Source of the DNA: an uncultured Gemmatimonadales bacterium
GTDB taxonomy: Bacteria; Gemmatimonadota; Gemmatimonadetes; Gemmatimonadales; GWC2-71-9
Direction: 5' to 3'
Assembly: GCA_963828735.1 (NCBI GenBank)
Contig: CAWHFW010000005.1
Span: 2,144,001-2,208,000 of the forward strand
Length of the DNA stretch: 64,000 bases
Shown here: positions 30,533-41,581 of the stretch, piece after piece
Numbering within the stretch: position 1 is the first letter of the stretch
How the letters are laid out: every line of letters begins with the position of its first letter
Position numbers and translations under genes: made by a program
The notes under the pieces: generated by a model
What the model was told of the DNA's origin: nothing
Database searches by the model: none
What the model saw: only the letters and a program-made list of their open reading frames with translations

Positions 30533-33205
30533 ATGGGAGTGCCGGACGGCCTGCGCCACGCCCTCGCCGACCGCTACACCGTCGAGCGTGAGCTGGGCCG
30601 TGGTGGGATGGCCACTGTCTACCTGGTACATGACGTCCGCCACGACAGGCCCGTCGCCCTCAAGGTTCTTCTCGGCGAGCTCGCCGCCACCCTCGGCCCA
30701 GAGCGTTTCCAGCGCGAGATCCGCTTCGCCGCCCGGCTCCAGCATCCCCATATCCTGACCGTCCTCGATTCGGGGGAAGCCGCAGGCCAGCTCTGGTTCA
30801 CCATGCCGTTCGTCGAGGGCGAGTCGCTCCGCGACCGGCTCCGCCGCGAGGTCCAGCTCCCGGTCGCGGAAGCCGTCCGCATCGCCGGCGAGGTGGCCCG
30901 CGCGCTCGCCTATGCCCACCGGCACGGCATCATCCACCGAGACATCAAGCCCGAGAATATCTTGCTCACCATCGAGGGCGAGACGCTTGTGGCCGACTTC
31001 GGCATCGCGCGGGCGTTCGACGGCGCGGCCGGCCAGGAGCGGCTGACCGAGACCGGCATCGTGGTTGGCACGCCCGCCTACATGAGTCCGGAGCAGGCGG
31101 GCGGCCAGCGCGGCCTCGACGCTCGCACCGACGTCTACGCCCTCGGCACGGTGCTGTACGAGATGCTCGCCGGCGAGCCCCCGTACACCGGGCCCACCGC
31201 CCAGAACATCATCGCCAAGCGCCTGAGCGACCCGGTGCCGAGCGTGCGCCGCCTGCGGCCCGCCGTGCCCGAGGCGCTCGACCGCTTGGTACACGACGCC
31301 CTCGCGCCGATCGCCGCCGATCGCCTGGCCTCGGCCGCCGCGTTCCAGGCCGGGCTCGAGAGCATCCGGACCGCGCCCTCGGAGACCGCCGCCGTGTCGC
31401 GGCAATCGACGCCGCAAACGTCATCGGTCGCGAGCACCGGGCGACGGCTGGCCGCCGTTGCCGTCGCGGTACTGCTCGTCGCGGCCGTCATCGCAGCCGT
31501 CTTCGCGAGACACGCGAAGTCGGCCACTGCCGTGTCCACGGCAGCCGCGACACCGGCCGAGCCGATGCTCGCCGTGCTGCCCTTCGAGAACCTTGGCGAC
31601 TCGAGCAACGCCTACTTCGCCGACGGCGTGGCCGACGCCGTCCGAGGCAAGCTGGTCCGGCTTCCCGGCCTCGGCGTGATCGCCCGCGGCAGTTCGCTCC
31701 AGTTCCGCCATACCTCCGCCTCACCCGACTCCGTGGCGCGGGTGCTCGGCGTTCGCTACCTGCTGATGGGCACGGTGCGCTGGGCCAAGGCGAAGGATGG
31801 CAGCAGCCGCGTGGAGGTGAGCCCCGAGCTGGTCGAGGTCCGTCCCGGCGCTCCGCCGGCGAGCCGCTGGCAGCAGCCGTTCGACGCCGCGCTCACCGAC
31901 GTCTTCCAGGTGCAGGCCGACATCGCCGCCCGGGTCGCGCAGGCGCTCGACCTGGCGCTCACCCGGCCCGCCCAACAGCAGCTCGCCGAGCAGCCGACCC
32001 GGGACCTCGCCGCGTACGATGCCTACCTCAAGGGCGAGGCGGTCTCCCAAGGCATGGGCGTCCGGGACGTCCCGACGCTCCTCCGCGCCGACAGCCTCTA
32101 CGCTCGGGCGGTGGAGCGGGACCCGACCTTCGGGCTCGCGTGGGCGAGGCTCGCCACCGGGCACGTCCTGGTCTACTACAACGGCATCCCCGATCCCGCC
32201 GAGGCCGACGCCGCGCGGCGCGCGCTGGCCCGGGCCGAAGCGCTGGCGCCGGCGGCGCCCGAGACCTTCCTCGCTCGGGTCACCTACGAGGCGGGTATTC
32301 CGTTCGACAACGTCGCCGCGCTCGCGGCCGCCGAGCGCGGGCTCGCGCGCACGCCCGACAGTCCCGAGCTGCTGGTGGCGGCGGCGCTGGCCGAGCGCGG
32401 GCTCGGCCGCTGGGACGACGCCCTGGCCCACCTCGAGCGCGCCAAGCTGTTCGACCCGCGGTCGTTCGCGGTCGCTGAGCGGCTGGCGCGCATCCTCACC
32501 AATCAGCGCCAGTGGGAGCGGGCCCGCGTCGAGCTGGACCGCGCGCTCTCACTGGCGCCGACGGCGCTCAACGCCATCGACCTCAAGGTGTTCACCTATC
32601 TCGGCGAGGCCGACACCGCGGGCGCGCGGCGGACCATCGCGGCGGCGGCGCCGCTGGTCGGCCGCCAGACGCTGGCCGCGTTCCTCGCGAGCGTGGGCGA
32701 CCTTTACTGGGCCCTGGACCGGGACGACCAGCGGCTGGTCCTCTCGCTTGGTCCCGAGGCCTTCAACGGCGATCGCTCGTCGTGGGGCATGGCGCTGGCC
32801 CAGATCTACCGGCTCTTCGGCGATTCGGCCGAGACCCGCGCGTACGCCGATTCTGCGCGCATCGCGCTCGAGGCGCAGCTTCGGGCCGCGCCCAACGATG
32901 CCCAGCGCCACGTCATGCTGGGTCTCGCCCTGGCGTATCTGGGCCGGCCGGACGAGGGGATCCGCGAGGGCGAGCGCGGGGTGGCGCTGCTCCCGCTGTC
33001 CAGAGATGCCTACTTCGGTGCCTATCTGCAGCACGTACTGGCCAACACGTATGTCGTCGCGGGCAGGCAGGAGCAGGCCCTCGACCGGATCGAGCGGCTG
33101 CTCGAGATTCCGTATGTTCTGTCCCCCGGGTTGCTCAGCGTGGACCCCATGTTCACGCCGCTCCGCGGCAACCCACGCTTCCGGCGGCTGGTCGAAGGCT
33201 CGTGA
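30533..33205 (+). CDS. Ser/Thr kinase-TM-TolB-like-TPR protein
   Basis: GRGGMA, HRDIKPEN, DFG, LAVLPFENLG...YFADG, TPRs, terminal DPMFTPLRGNPRF. Confidence 0.93.
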   Translation: MGVPDGLRHALADRYTVERELGRGGMATVYLVHDVRHDRPVALKVLLGELAATLGPERFQREIRFAARLQHPHILTVLDSGEAAGQLWFTMPFVEGESLRDRLRREVQLPVAEAVRIAGEVARALAYAHRHGIIHRDIKPENILLTIEGETLVADFGIARAFDGAAGQERLTETGIVVGTPAYMSPEQAGGQRGLDARTDVYALGTVLYEMLAGEPPYTGPTAQNIIAKRLSDPVPSVRRLRPAVPEALDRLVHDALAPIAADRLASAAAFQAGLESIRTAPSETAAVSRQSTPQTSSVASTGRRLAAVAVAVLLVAAVIAAVFARHAKSATAVSTAAATPAEPMLAVLPFENLGDSSNAYFADGVADAVRGKLVRLPGLGVIARGSSLQFRHTSASPDSVARVLGVRYLLMGTVRWAKAKDGSSRVEVSPELVEVRPGAPPASRWQQPFDAALTDVFQVQADIAARVAQALDLALTRPAQQQLAEQPTRDLAAYDAYLKGEAVSQGMGVRDVPTLLRADSLYARAVERDPTFGLAWARLATGHVLVYYNGIPDPAEADAARRALARAEALAPAAPETFLARVTYEAGIPFDNVAALAAAERGLARTPDSPELLVAAALAERGLGRWDDALAHLERAKLFDPRSFAVAERLARILTNQRQWERARVELDRALSLAPTALNAIDLKVFTYLGEADTAGARRTIAAAAPLVGRQTLAAFLASVGDLYWALDRDDQRLVLSLGPEAFNGDRSSWGMALAQIYRLFGDSAETRAYADSARIALEAQLRAAPNDAQRHVMLGLALAYLGRPDEGIREGERGVALLPLSRDAYFGAYLQHVLANTYVVAGRQEQALDRIERLLEIPYVLSPGLLSVDPMFTPLRGNPRFRRLVEGS

Positions 33206-33245
33206 TGCCGAGTACGTTTGATGCAGTCGAGCCACCGGAGGTCAC

Positions 33246-34040
33246 ATGATCGAGCGCCTGCTCCTCGGCTTCATCACCAACTTCTTCGACACCCTCGGCA
33301 TCGGCTCCTTCGCGCCGACCACGGCCGCGTTTCGCGCGCGGCGCCTGGTAAGCGACGAGCTGATCCCGGGCACCCTCAACGTCGGCCACACGCCGCCCAC
33401 CATCGTGCAGGCCATCATCTACATCACGGTCATCGCCGTGGACCGGTCGACGCTTGCGCTCCTCATCGGCGCATCCGTCGTTGGGGCCTGGTTCGGGGCG
33501 GGCATCGTGAGCGGCTGGGAGAAGCGCCGGGTCCAGCGGGGGATGGCCATCGCACTCCTGGTCACCGCCGGCTTCATCGTGCTCCGCATGACCGGCGTCT
33601 TCCCCGGCGGCGGCGATGCGCTCGGTCTCCGGGGTGTGCCGCTGGTCGCCGCTGTGTTCGGGAATGCGGTGCTGGGCGCCCTGATGACGCTGGGCATCGG
33701 GCTCTACGCCCCGTGCATGGCCATGATCAGCCTCCTCGGCATGAACCCGATCACCGCGTTCCCCATCATGATGGGATCGTGTGCCTTCCTGATGCCGGTG
33801 GCCAGCATCCGTTTCCTGAGGGCCAGGCGATACGACCGGGCCGCGGCGCTAGGCCTGGCGATCGGTGGCATCCCGGGTGTGCTGCTGGCCGCGTTTCTGG
33901 TGAGGTCGCTGCCGCTGGATGCGGTCCGCGTGCTGGTGGTCGTCGTGATCGGCTACACCGCCGCCACGCTCTGGCGGGATGCTCGCCGGGAGACCGAGCC
34001 CGTACGCGCGCCATCGCCTTCCGTGGCCGACGTGGGTTAG
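33246..34040 (+). CDS. TauE/SafE (TSUP) family permease
   Basis: NFFDTLGIGSFA, IPGTLNVG, GIGLYAP, AFPIMMGSCAFL. Confidence 0.85.
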   Translation: MIERLLLGFITNFFDTLGIGSFAPTTAAFRARRLVSDELIPGTLNVGHTPPTIVQAIIYITVIAVDRSTLALLIGASVVGAWFGAGIVSGWEKRRVQRGMAIALLVTAGFIVLRMTGVFPGGGDALGLRGVPLVAAVFGNAVLGALMTLGIGLYAPCMAMISLLGMNPITAFPIMMGSCAFLMPVASIRFLRARRYDRAAALGLAIGGIPGVLLAAFLVRSLPLDAVRVLVVVVIGYTAATLWRDARRETEPVRAPSPSVADVG

Positions 34041-34347
34041 TCCCCTCCCGACAATGACTACGACCCCGCTGGTGTCCGATTCGGGAGTGCCGCCCGCCGG
34101 TCACGCGGCCGCGGTATTCGTGGTTGAACAACGTCGTCGCCGTCGGCGTGTATCGAGGTGGCGGGAAGTTTGCTTATCGCATCTACCAGATTCTGTAGGC
34201 GAGGTTCAGGCGGCCCGGCCTGACGGGCGCGCGATCTCCCGGTCCCGTGGGACACACTACCTTTCCCACAGTTGACGCAAACCATCCCCCCGCCGCATGC
34301 TTAAATGACCAGCAAGAGAACGGCCCATGGGACAACGGGAGGTGATC

Positions 34348-34848
34348 ATGTCCGCCAAGAGTGTGCTCGAGGTCCACGAGATGTCGGCTGACGGCGGTGA
34401 CCAGCTTAACCGGATAATCGCAAAGCATAAGGACGCCGTGGCGGCGGCGAAGGCGGCGGCCGAACAACGGGCCCGTAACGACGCGAACGCCCGGCACGAC
34501 TGCGAGGCGCCGCTCCGCAGAGTAGTGTTGCCGCTGCTTCGAGATTGGTCGGAGCGGCTCGCGGTCGAGGGATACCCGACGAGCGTCGAGGACCGGCTGG
34601 GCTGTCGTCCCTCCAGCCTGGTATTTCGGCTGGCGCCTCACGGGGGCCCGGAATCCTCCCTGACGTTTGGGTGCGTGGCTGGCCCGGCGGTACGCTTCCG
34701 ATTGAACGTCGATGGCAAGGACCTCGAGGGCGATTTGCAGACCCCGCTCGCCGAGCTGCAGCCCAGTGACGTTCTCGAGGGACTGGGCCGCTTCGTGGCG
34801 GCGGCGCTGGCGGCGTCCATACCGAAAAGAAGTGACTGCGGGCCGTGA
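34348..34848 (+). CDS. Hypothetical protein
   Basis: Strong RBS GGAGGTGAT before ATG 34348; helical N-terminus and alpha/beta C-terminus. Confidence 0.6.
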   Translation: MSAKSVLEVHEMSADGGDQLNRIIAKHKDAVAAAKAAAEQRARNDANARHDCEAPLRRVVLPLLRDWSERLAVEGYPTSVEDRLGCRPSSLVFRLAPHGGPESSLTFGCVAGPAVRFRLNVDGKDLEGDLQTPLAELQPSDVLEGLGRFVAAALAASIPKRSDCGP

Positions 34849-35275
34849 CCTAGCGCTACTGCCCGCCCGGCGCCTCGCGCACGGTGATGGTGAGCCACTC
34901 CCGATAGTCCACGTCCTCGGCCGCCTCCGTCTTGCTCGACCCCGAGTCCCCCGGCATCTCGAGCTCGCCGTAGCCGAGCATGTCGAGCGACGTCATCCCG
35001 GGATCGAGGTCCATCGTCATCCTGCCGTTGCCGTGCTGGCCTGGCCTGGCTTGGCTTCGTGGCTCGACTGGCTTCACCCCGAGCGAGGCGGTTTTTCCGG
35101 CCCTTCGGGCAGAAGCCACCAGGGTAGCGCTCGCCTCCATACCGTTCACACTCTCCCCAACGACCCGTCCGACTCGCCACCGCCCGTCGAATTCCGCGGT
35201 CCTCGTTCGACGTGGTGGTAGAGGCGCGAGCAGATATCCTGCGGTCGGTATCCACCCTTCTGGGAGACCCCGTCA

Positions 35276-35635
35276 ATGAAGTGTCTCATGCTCATCAAAC
35301 ATTCGGAGAGCCACCGGGGAGAGCCGATCCCCCAGGGCCTGATGGACGCCATGGGCGAGTTCGTCGCCGAGGGCTTCAAGACCGGCGTCCTGAAGGATAC
35401 GGCGGGCCTCAAGGGGACGGCCGAGGGCTTCCGGGTTCGCTCGAGCGGGAATCGGCTCACGGCGACGGACGGACCATTCACCGAGGCGAAGGAGATCGTG
35501 GGCGGGTATGCGATGGTGGAGGTCGCCTCCAAGGAAGAGGCGCTCAAGTTCGCACGCCAATTCATGGAGCTGCACCGCGTGCACTGGCCGTCCTTCGAGT
35601 GTGAGTGCGAGGTCCGGCCGGTCGAGGATATGTAG
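35276..35635 (+). CDS. YciI/DGPF family protein
   Basis: TDGPFTEAKEIVGGY, CEVRP. Confidence 0.92.
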   Translation: MKCLMLIKHSESHRGEPIPQGLMDAMGEFVAEGFKTGVLKDTAGLKGTAEGFRVRSSGNRLTATDGPFTEAKEIVGGYAMVEVASKEEALKFARQFMELHRVHWPSFECECEVRPVEDM

Positions 35636-35761
35636 CGGGGCGCCGACGGGCCATCGCGTCGGCCTGGTTTCGTGTGCTATTACCTGACAGGGAGAATCGA
35701 CTCGAGAGTCGCGTCTCCCGACTGCGGTTTACGGTTTCCGCGCATCATGCCCACCGACAGG

Positions 35762-37153
35762 TCACCGGGGAAGTGCAGTCGCGCCTCCCGGCAGGACCAT
35801 CGGTGGCCGCGGTGCCTGGTTGAAATCGAAATCCTGGGTGAGGTCACCGAGCACGGGGACGTCCTCCCGCACCGTGGGCCGGGGATCCGGCCTGCCGTCG
35901 GTCTGCGGATCGATCCGCTGGCTCCCCAGAAAATCGTCCTCGATGAACTTCACGTAGGCGTCGAAGCTCAGGGTCTGGTGGTCGATGTACCCCTTTCTGG
36001 CATAGGGGCTGATCACGAGCCCGGGGACCCTGAGACCGTAGCCGTTCACATCGACGCTGGGCGGGGGGACGTGGTCGTAGAAGCCACCCCAGTCATCCCA
36101 GGACAGGAAGATCGCGGTGCTGTTCCAGGCTGGGCTCTGCATGATGGCATTGATGAGCCCGGTGACGTAGGCCTGTCCGGTGCTGACCAGCGCCGGAGGA
36201 TGCTCGCTCACCGCGCCGTTCGGCACGACCCAGCTCACGGCAGGGAGGGTGCCGGCCTGGACGTCGGCGAAGAAGTTGTCCAGCGTCTGGACGTTTCCCA
36301 CCTCGCTGTCCTGGCGCACCGTGGTGAACGAGGGCAGCGGGTTCCAGATCCCCGGTGTCCCGGCGGACTGCGGATCGGGGGGGCAGGTCATCGCGCCGTC
36401 GTCGTCGCAGTCGGGCTCGGTGCCTTCCGCCACATAGTACTTCCAGCTCACCTTGGCCTTGTGCAGCAGGTAGGTGAGGTCGGTCCAGGCGTAGGGGGCT
36501 GGCGACCCGGCGGTCCGGCTGGGACCCTGCGGCCTATCGAGCTCGTTGATGCAGCTCATGGGGTTGTCCACCTGGCTGCATTTGGCCGACCACTCCGACA
36601 CCATGAAGAGGTGCTCGGGCAGGCTCCAGGACGCGTTGGGCTCGAACATGTGATCCTGCAGCACGAAGTTCGTGGCGTACGCCCAGTAGTTCGGGATCTC
36701 GCGCTGGTCGTGGTATCCCATGACATCGGTCGGGCCGGTGGCCCGACAGGGCGGCAACCCCGACGCGTTGCAGGTGGTGCCCATCTTCTTCTCGGCCCGC
36801 GAGATGAACCCGTCCATCCGCCCGCCGTCGATGTCCATGGAGGCGTCGCCCGCTGCATGGGGTCCGCCGCGGTTCAGGTCCGCCGAGTCGTGAAAAGGCA
36901 CGACGCACCTGCCCAGCTCGGAGTCCGGCACGCACGCCGCAGGGACTCCGCTCAGCATGGGGATGCCTTCGGCGCCCGGGAAGGTGCCGAAATAGCTGTC
37001 GAACGATCGGTTCTCCTGCATGATGACCACCACGTGCTGGATCTTGTGGATCGCGGCGGGAGCCGTAGGAACCTTGGGCACCGAATGCGGTGCGTTCGAG
37101 TCGTTGCAGGCGAGGACGAGCAGCAGGAAGGCCGGACGTGGGAGGCGGGACAT
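35762..37153 (-). CDS. Phospholipase C / acid phosphatase (phosphoesterase family) lipoprotein
   Basis: LVLAC lipobox; [40 protein letters not shown]. Confidence 0.92.
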   Translation of the reverse strand: MSRLPRPAFLLLVLACNDSNAPHSVPKVPTAPAAIHKIQHVVVIMQENRSFDSYFGTFPGAEGIPMLSGVPAACVPDSELGRCVVPFHDSADLNRGGPHAAGDASMDIDGGRMDGFISRAEKKMGTTCNASGLPPCRATGPTDVMGYHDQREIPNYWAYATNFVLQDHMFEPNASWSLPEHLFMVSEWSAKCSQVDNPMSCINELDRPQGPSRTAGSPAPYAWTDLTYLLHKAKVSWKYYVAEGTEPDCDDDGAMTCPPDPQSAGTPGIWNPLPSFTTVRQDSEVGNVQTLDNFFADVQAGTLPAVSWVVPNGAVSEHPPALVSTGQAYVTGLINAIMQSPAWNSTAIFLSWDDWGGFYDHVPPPSVDVNGYGLRVPGLVISPYARKGYIDHQTLSFDAYVKFIEDDFLGSQRIDPQTDGRPDPRPTVREDVPVLGDLTQDFDFNQAPRPPMVLPGGATALPR

Positions 37154-37361
37154 GGCAACGCTCACCGTGTCGGCGCACGGCTCCCGGTTGGTGGCCTATG
37201 GCGTTGTGCCACGGGAGGGTCGAGCGCCTCCTCCTCTAGATTATCCGATCCGCCGAGTCGTCGCGCGCCGCCATCCGCACCCGTCCGGCGGGACGCGGCG
37301 GGAGACAATCTTGGCCTCCCACCGCATTATCATTCGTGGACATGGGCTCATGGAGCGTCCT

Positions 37362-37541
37362 ATGTCGTTGACTCTCTCGGACGATGACGCAGTTCTCTTG
37401 CGAGACCTTTTGGCCGACTACCTCCCGTCGCTGAGGCGCGAGGTGGCGCGGACCGAGCAGCGCACCATGCGACACGCGCTGGCCGAGCGGCAGGACCTGG
37501 CGGAGCGACTTCTTCAGCAGCTCGAGCAGCCGACGGCCTGA
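37362..37541 (+). CDS. Small helical hypothetical protein
   Basis: MSLTLSDDDAVLLRDLLADYLPSLRREVARTE...; GGAG RBS. Confidence 0.65.
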   Translation: MSLTLSDDDAVLLRDLLADYLPSLRREVARTEQRTMRHALAERQDLAERLLQQLEQPTA

Positions 37542-37641
37542 GATCCCGGCGACAGGCTGAATCGTGAACACGGCAGCCGGTGTGGGCGGTCGCCGCGTCG
37601 GCCGGACTTCGTGTGCCGTGACCTGACAGGGAGAATCGGAA

Positions 37642-38178
37642 ATGAACAGTGAAGAGAGGGCCACTCGCTCGGCCGTGGCCGGCGCGCAGCAGACCGAGGT
37701 CGCCGTACTCGCCGGGGGCTGCTTCTGGGGAGTAGAAGAGATCCTGCGCGGCGTGCCCGGCGTACTCGACACCGACGTCGGCTACACCGGCGGCTGGATG
37801 GAGAACCCGACCTACGACGATACGCATGACAGCAAGTCGGGTCACGCGGAAGCCATCCGGGTGACGTTCGACCCCTCGGTGCTCGACTACGAGGACCTGC
37901 TCGAGCAGTGGTTCTTCCGCCTGCACGACCCGACCACGCTCAACCGCCAGGGCAACGACCTCGGAACCCAGTACCGCTCGGCGATCTTTCCGCAGACCCC
38001 CGAGCAGCGGAGCGCGGCCGAGCGGGTCATCCAGCGCGTCCAGGCCTCGGGCCGGTGGAAGCGCCCGATCACGACGACCATCGAGCCCGCCTCCACCTGG
38101 TACAGCGCCGAGGCGTACCACCAGGACTACCTGCGCAAGCACCCGGGCGGATATAGCTGCCACTACCTGCGCGACTAG
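37642..38178 (+). CDS. msrA: Peptide-methionine (S)-S-oxide reductase
   Basis: GGCFWG, GYTGG, HDPTTLNRQGND.GTQYRS, AEAYHQDY. Confidence 0.96.
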   Translation: MNSEERATRSAVAGAQQTEVAVLAGGCFWGVEEILRGVPGVLDTDVGYTGGWMENPTYDDTHDSKSGHAEAIRVTFDPSVLDYEDLLEQWFFRLHDPTTLNRQGNDLGTQYRSAIFPQTPEQRSAAERVIQRVQASGRWKRPITTTIEPASTWYSAEAYHQDYLRKHPGGYSCHYLRD

Positions 38179-38284
38179 CTCAGTCGGTCGCGGGCCGGGG
38201 GTGCCCGAGTCTGCCGGGGTGGTGAGGCATCAGCGAAGGCCGCTGCATGCCGAGCCACCCCTTTCTGTATGCGGGCGAGATCGG

Positions 38285-39406
38285 TCAGCGTTCGACGATC
38301 GCGGAATCCGGCGGCAACGGACCGGGTGGGGGCAGGGGGGGAGGCGTCCACGCGATAACGGTGAGCCGTGCCCCGTCGACGCTGGTCTCCGCCATCGTGA
38401 TCGTATGGTCCCCGGCACTCTCGAGAGGTGATCCCGGCATTCCGGCAACGGGGGTCGGAGGTCCCGGGTATCGCAGCGCCTCCACCCGCATGCTGAACTC
38501 GAAGCGGAACTGGGCCGCCTCGCAGCGGAACTCCGCCCAGTCGAACGTCGCGCGGTCGGCGCTGCACGATCCGCCCGATGCCTCGAGCGCGTTCGACTGA
38601 CTCCCTTCGACGGCATACCAGGTCCCTGCGTCTTCGACCAGGTACTCACCCATGAAGCCGGGGTAGCCGCCGCCGCGTCCGCCTCCGGTGCTCCCGCCGC
38701 TCCCGCTTCCGGTGCCCCCGCTTCCGGTGCTCCCGCCTCCAGCACTCCCACCTCCACCGCTCCCGCCTCCGGCCGAGTCGCCTGGGACCGGCGGCGAAGC
38801 GGGCTGAGGCGGTTCGGCGGGGACTGGGTTCGTGGGCAGTCCCGTCATCACGTCCGGAACGTTCGTTCCAACATCATTGCTCCCGGCGTCGGCCACGATG
38901 CGCACCACCTCGGCCATGCGCTCGGGCTCCCAGGCGATCAGCGTCCGCATCGAGAACGTGCCGACGTCGACGCACTCGCCGGGTGAGCCCGGAGACGGAG
39001 GGGTCATGCTGTCCATGGCCATGGGCATCGGATCGGTCGCGCCGCTGTCGCCCGGCTGAACGATGACCGTGTCGCCCGGAGGCGCGACTCCACTGTCCGA
39101 CGGCCAGGTGCACTGGAGGGTCGGAATGTCGAGCTGTTCGGCTACCGCGAGGAAGCTCCGGCTCGCGCCGTCGATGGTGAGCGTGACCGGTGTCGCATGG
39201 CCCGTCAGGCGCACGATTTCGGCGGCGTGCCGGAGTGCCTCGGCGGTGGCGGATAGCCCGGCGCCGCCCACCGAGTCCGCGAGCCGCTCGAACTGGCTGG
39301 CCAGACGCGCCCCGTCGTTGTCGTCCGGCGGAGCGGTTCCCCCGTCGCCGCAGCCCATCGCGCCGAGCAGTGCCGCTCCCAGCAGCCATCGAGCGCGTTG
39401 CCGCAT
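38285..39406 (-). CDS. Hypothetical lipoprotein with Gly/Ser linker
   Basis: LLGAMGC lipobox; Pro-rich and GGGS-rich segments; four further Cys. Confidence 0.8.
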   Translation of the reverse strand: MRQRARWLLGAALLGAMGCGDGGTAPPDDNDGARLASQFERLADSVGGAGLSATAEALRHAAEIVRLTGHATPVTLTIDGASRSFLAVAEQLDIPTLQCTWPSDSGVAPPGDTVIVQPGDSGATDPMPMAMDSMTPPSPGSPGECVDVGTFSMRTLIAWEPERMAEVVRIVADAGSNDVGTNVPDVMTGLPTNPVPAEPPQPASPPVPGDSAGGGSGGGGSAGGGSTGSGGTGSGSGGSTGGGRGGGYPGFMGEYLVEDAGTWYAVEGSQSNALEASGGSCSADRATFDWAEFRCEAAQFRFEFSMRVEALRYPGPPTPVAGMPGSPLESAGDHTITMAETSVDGARLTVIAWTPPPLPPPGPLPPDSAIVER

Positions 39407-39687
39407 AAAGCCTCCGGGTCAGATCGTGCTAGCCACGCTTCGCCACACTCCTCATAATGGGGGGCGAACGCGACGTCGTCGAGATGGCGAGGGAGAACCG
39501 CACGCCAGCCTGAAACATTGGGGCTGATCCGATCCCGGAGGCGCCGGATGACCAGGGCATGGAGCGAAACGTGGTCGAGCCGATGGGAGGTCGCGCCGGC
39601 GGCCTCTCTCCATGGCGGTCGAAATGGCTCGGCCCGCTCGGGGGAGGCCTCGTCGGCCCGCGGCGTGGCGAGCGGCATGACGAGCAC

Positions 39688-40506
39688 ATGATGCGGACGA
39701 GCCGGACCGGAGCCCTTCCCGCCGACGTGGGAGACCGCGCCGACGCCGCCTTCGTCACCCACGTGAGCTGGGCCCTCGACCGTACGCCGCGCATGTCGAC
39801 GCAGATCACCCCCGAGCTGGTGCTCGCCGATTCGGGCCTGCGCTGCGACACCTTCAATTTCATCTGCCGGGCGCGCCTCACGCCGGAGACGATGCGGGCC
39901 GCGGCGGCAGAGGCGCTCGCATACTTCGCGCGCGTCCAGCGCCCCTTCTCCTGGTGGGTAGGCCCCGCGGACCGCCCAGGCGATCTCGGCGCGGTCCTCG
40001 AGCAGCTCGGCCTGGAGCGAGTGGAGACCGAGCTCGCGATGGCGCTGCCGCTGGCGTCGCTCCCCGCCACTGCGCCCGACGTTCCTGGTCTGGAGGTGCG
40101 CCGCGTCAGGACGCGAGACGAGCTGGACGTGCTGGCGCGGCTCGCAGCCGCCAACTGGACCCCGCCCGATCCGAACGTGCGGGAGTTCTATCGCCGCACG
40201 GCCGACGCGCTGCTCGACCCCGCTTCGCCGCAATGGTTCTACCTCGGCTGGTTGGATGGCGAGCCGGTGGCCACGGCGGAGGCCGCCGTGCACGCCGGGA
40301 CGGTCGCGCTGTTCGGCATCGCCACGCTGCCGCCGTTCCGCGGGCGCCGTATCGGCTCCCGGATGACCTGGCAACCGCTGCATGACGCGGCCGCCGTGGG
40401 GTGTGATCTCGGTGTCCTGCAGGCGGCCGAGGAGGGCGTCGGCCTCTATCGCCGGCTCGGCTTCGAGGCCTTTGGAGGGATCACGGAGTACAAACCCACC
40501 TACTGA
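39688..40506 (+). CDS. GNAT family N-acetyltransferase
   Basis: IATLPPFRGRRIG, LQA...GLYRRLGF. Confidence 0.88.
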   Translation: MMRTSRTGALPADVGDRADAAFVTHVSWALDRTPRMSTQITPELVLADSGLRCDTFNFICRARLTPETMRAAAAEALAYFARVQRPFSWWVGPADRPGDLGAVLEQLGLERVETELAMALPLASLPATAPDVPGLEVRRVRTRDELDVLARLAAANWTPPDPNVREFYRRTADALLDPASPQWFYLGWLDGEPVATAEAAVHAGTVALFGIATLPPFRGRRIGSRMTWQPLHDAAAVGCDLGVLQAAEEGVGLYRRLGFEAFGGITEYKPTY

Positions 40507-40527
40507 GGTGGGGCGCAGGTGTTCGGG

Positions 40528-40989
40528 TCAGAGCGCGAGCTCCAGCGTCATGAACACGCTGTTCGGATCCTCCCGGTAATCCCCGAACGGCCCGCACTCT
40601 ACGAACCCGTGGCGCGCGTACAGCGCTCGCGCTGGCACGAAGTACGGCCACGAACCCGTCTCCAGGCTGAGCCGCGTCATTCGCCGCGCCCGTGCCGCCG
40701 CCATGATGTGCCCCAACATCGCCGATCCCACGCCCTGCCCGCGCGCCGCCTCGGCGGTGTGCATGGACTTGATCTCGCCGTGCTCGGCGCTCAGTCGCTT
40801 GAGCGCGCCGACCCCCACCACCGCGTCGCTCTCCCACGCGGACCAGAAGGTCACGTCGGGCCCCTGGAGGGCCGAGAGGTCGAGCGCGTGCGCGCTCCCG
40901 GGCGCGGTCTCCGCACGAGCGCGCGTCACGTGGGTTTCGAGCAGCTCGACGACACGTGAATCGTCGAGGCCACCTTCGACGATATGCAT
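40528..40989 (-). CDS. GNAT acetyltransferase (YedL-like)
   Basis: SAHALDL, GEIKSMHT...RGQGVG, SLETG, PFGDY..DPNSVFM. Confidence 0.9.
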   Translation of the reverse strand: MHIVEGGLDDSRVVELLETHVTRARAETAPGSAHALDLSALQGPDVTFWSAWESDAVVGVGALKRLSAEHGEIKSMHTAEAARGQGVGSAMLGHIMAAARARRMTRLSLETGSWPYFVPARALYARHGFVECGPFGDYREDPNSVFMTLELAL

Positions 40990-41224
40990 GAGGGCTACGC
41001 TTTCGCCGGGATGACAACGATCTCGACGAGCCCGCCGGGCCGGATGCGCCGGGGGACCACGAGCACCATCAGCCCGACCTCGTGGGTCGTGCGACTGATC
41101 ATGAAGCCCTCGGGACGGTCCTTCCTTAGTATAGCTCCGGCCGCTTTCCCCTTCCGCATGCGACGTGGCGCGAGGCAGATTGGTGGAGTCTCGGGGGAGG
41201 CGGCCTGCGCGAGGAGCGGACCAC

Positions 41225-41581
41225 ATGCGCCTTCTTGATTTTACTCCCGGTCACGGTACGCCGATCACCGTGTACGAGAGCCACGGAGCCTTCGCGCTTC
41301 CGCTTGGCGAGGGACGCGGCGAGGGCCACGTCTACTGCGTGCGGATCGAGCCGGGCGGGGCCATCGGTCCCCACGAGGCCGGGTTCGGGCAGCTCTTCCT
41401 CGTCGTCGCCGGCAGCGGCTGGGTCAGCGGCGCCGACGGTGTGCAACGGCCGCTCGGCGTGGGCCGCGGCGCGTTCATCCCTCGCGGAGAGGTCCACGCC
41501 AAGGGGAGCGATGCGGGGCTGACGGCAATTATGGTGCAGCTCACCGAGCTGGCGGCGGCGCCGATCGCGCGCGCGGTCTGA
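41225..41581 (+). CDS. Cupin-domain protein
   Basis: IGPHEAGFGQLFLVVAGSGWV, GEVHAKGS. Confidence 0.85.
   Translation: MRLLDFTPGHGTPITVYESHGAFALPLGEGRGEGHVYCVRIEPGGAIGPHEAGFGQLFLVVAGSGWVSGADGVQRPLGVGRGAFIPRGEVHAKGSDAGLTAIMVQLTELAAAPIARAV

Noticed and set aside
34856..35221. ORFs and short CTGGC repeats between the hypothetical gene and yciI
   Set aside because: No frame is convincingly coding and the repeat is too short to interpret.
35672..37387. Long antisense or alternate-frame ORFs (also 3358-4968, 43852-47091, 44217-46649, 60109-61893)
   Set aside because: Shadow ORFs typical of high-GC DNA, overlapping well-supported genes and lacking recognisable motifs.
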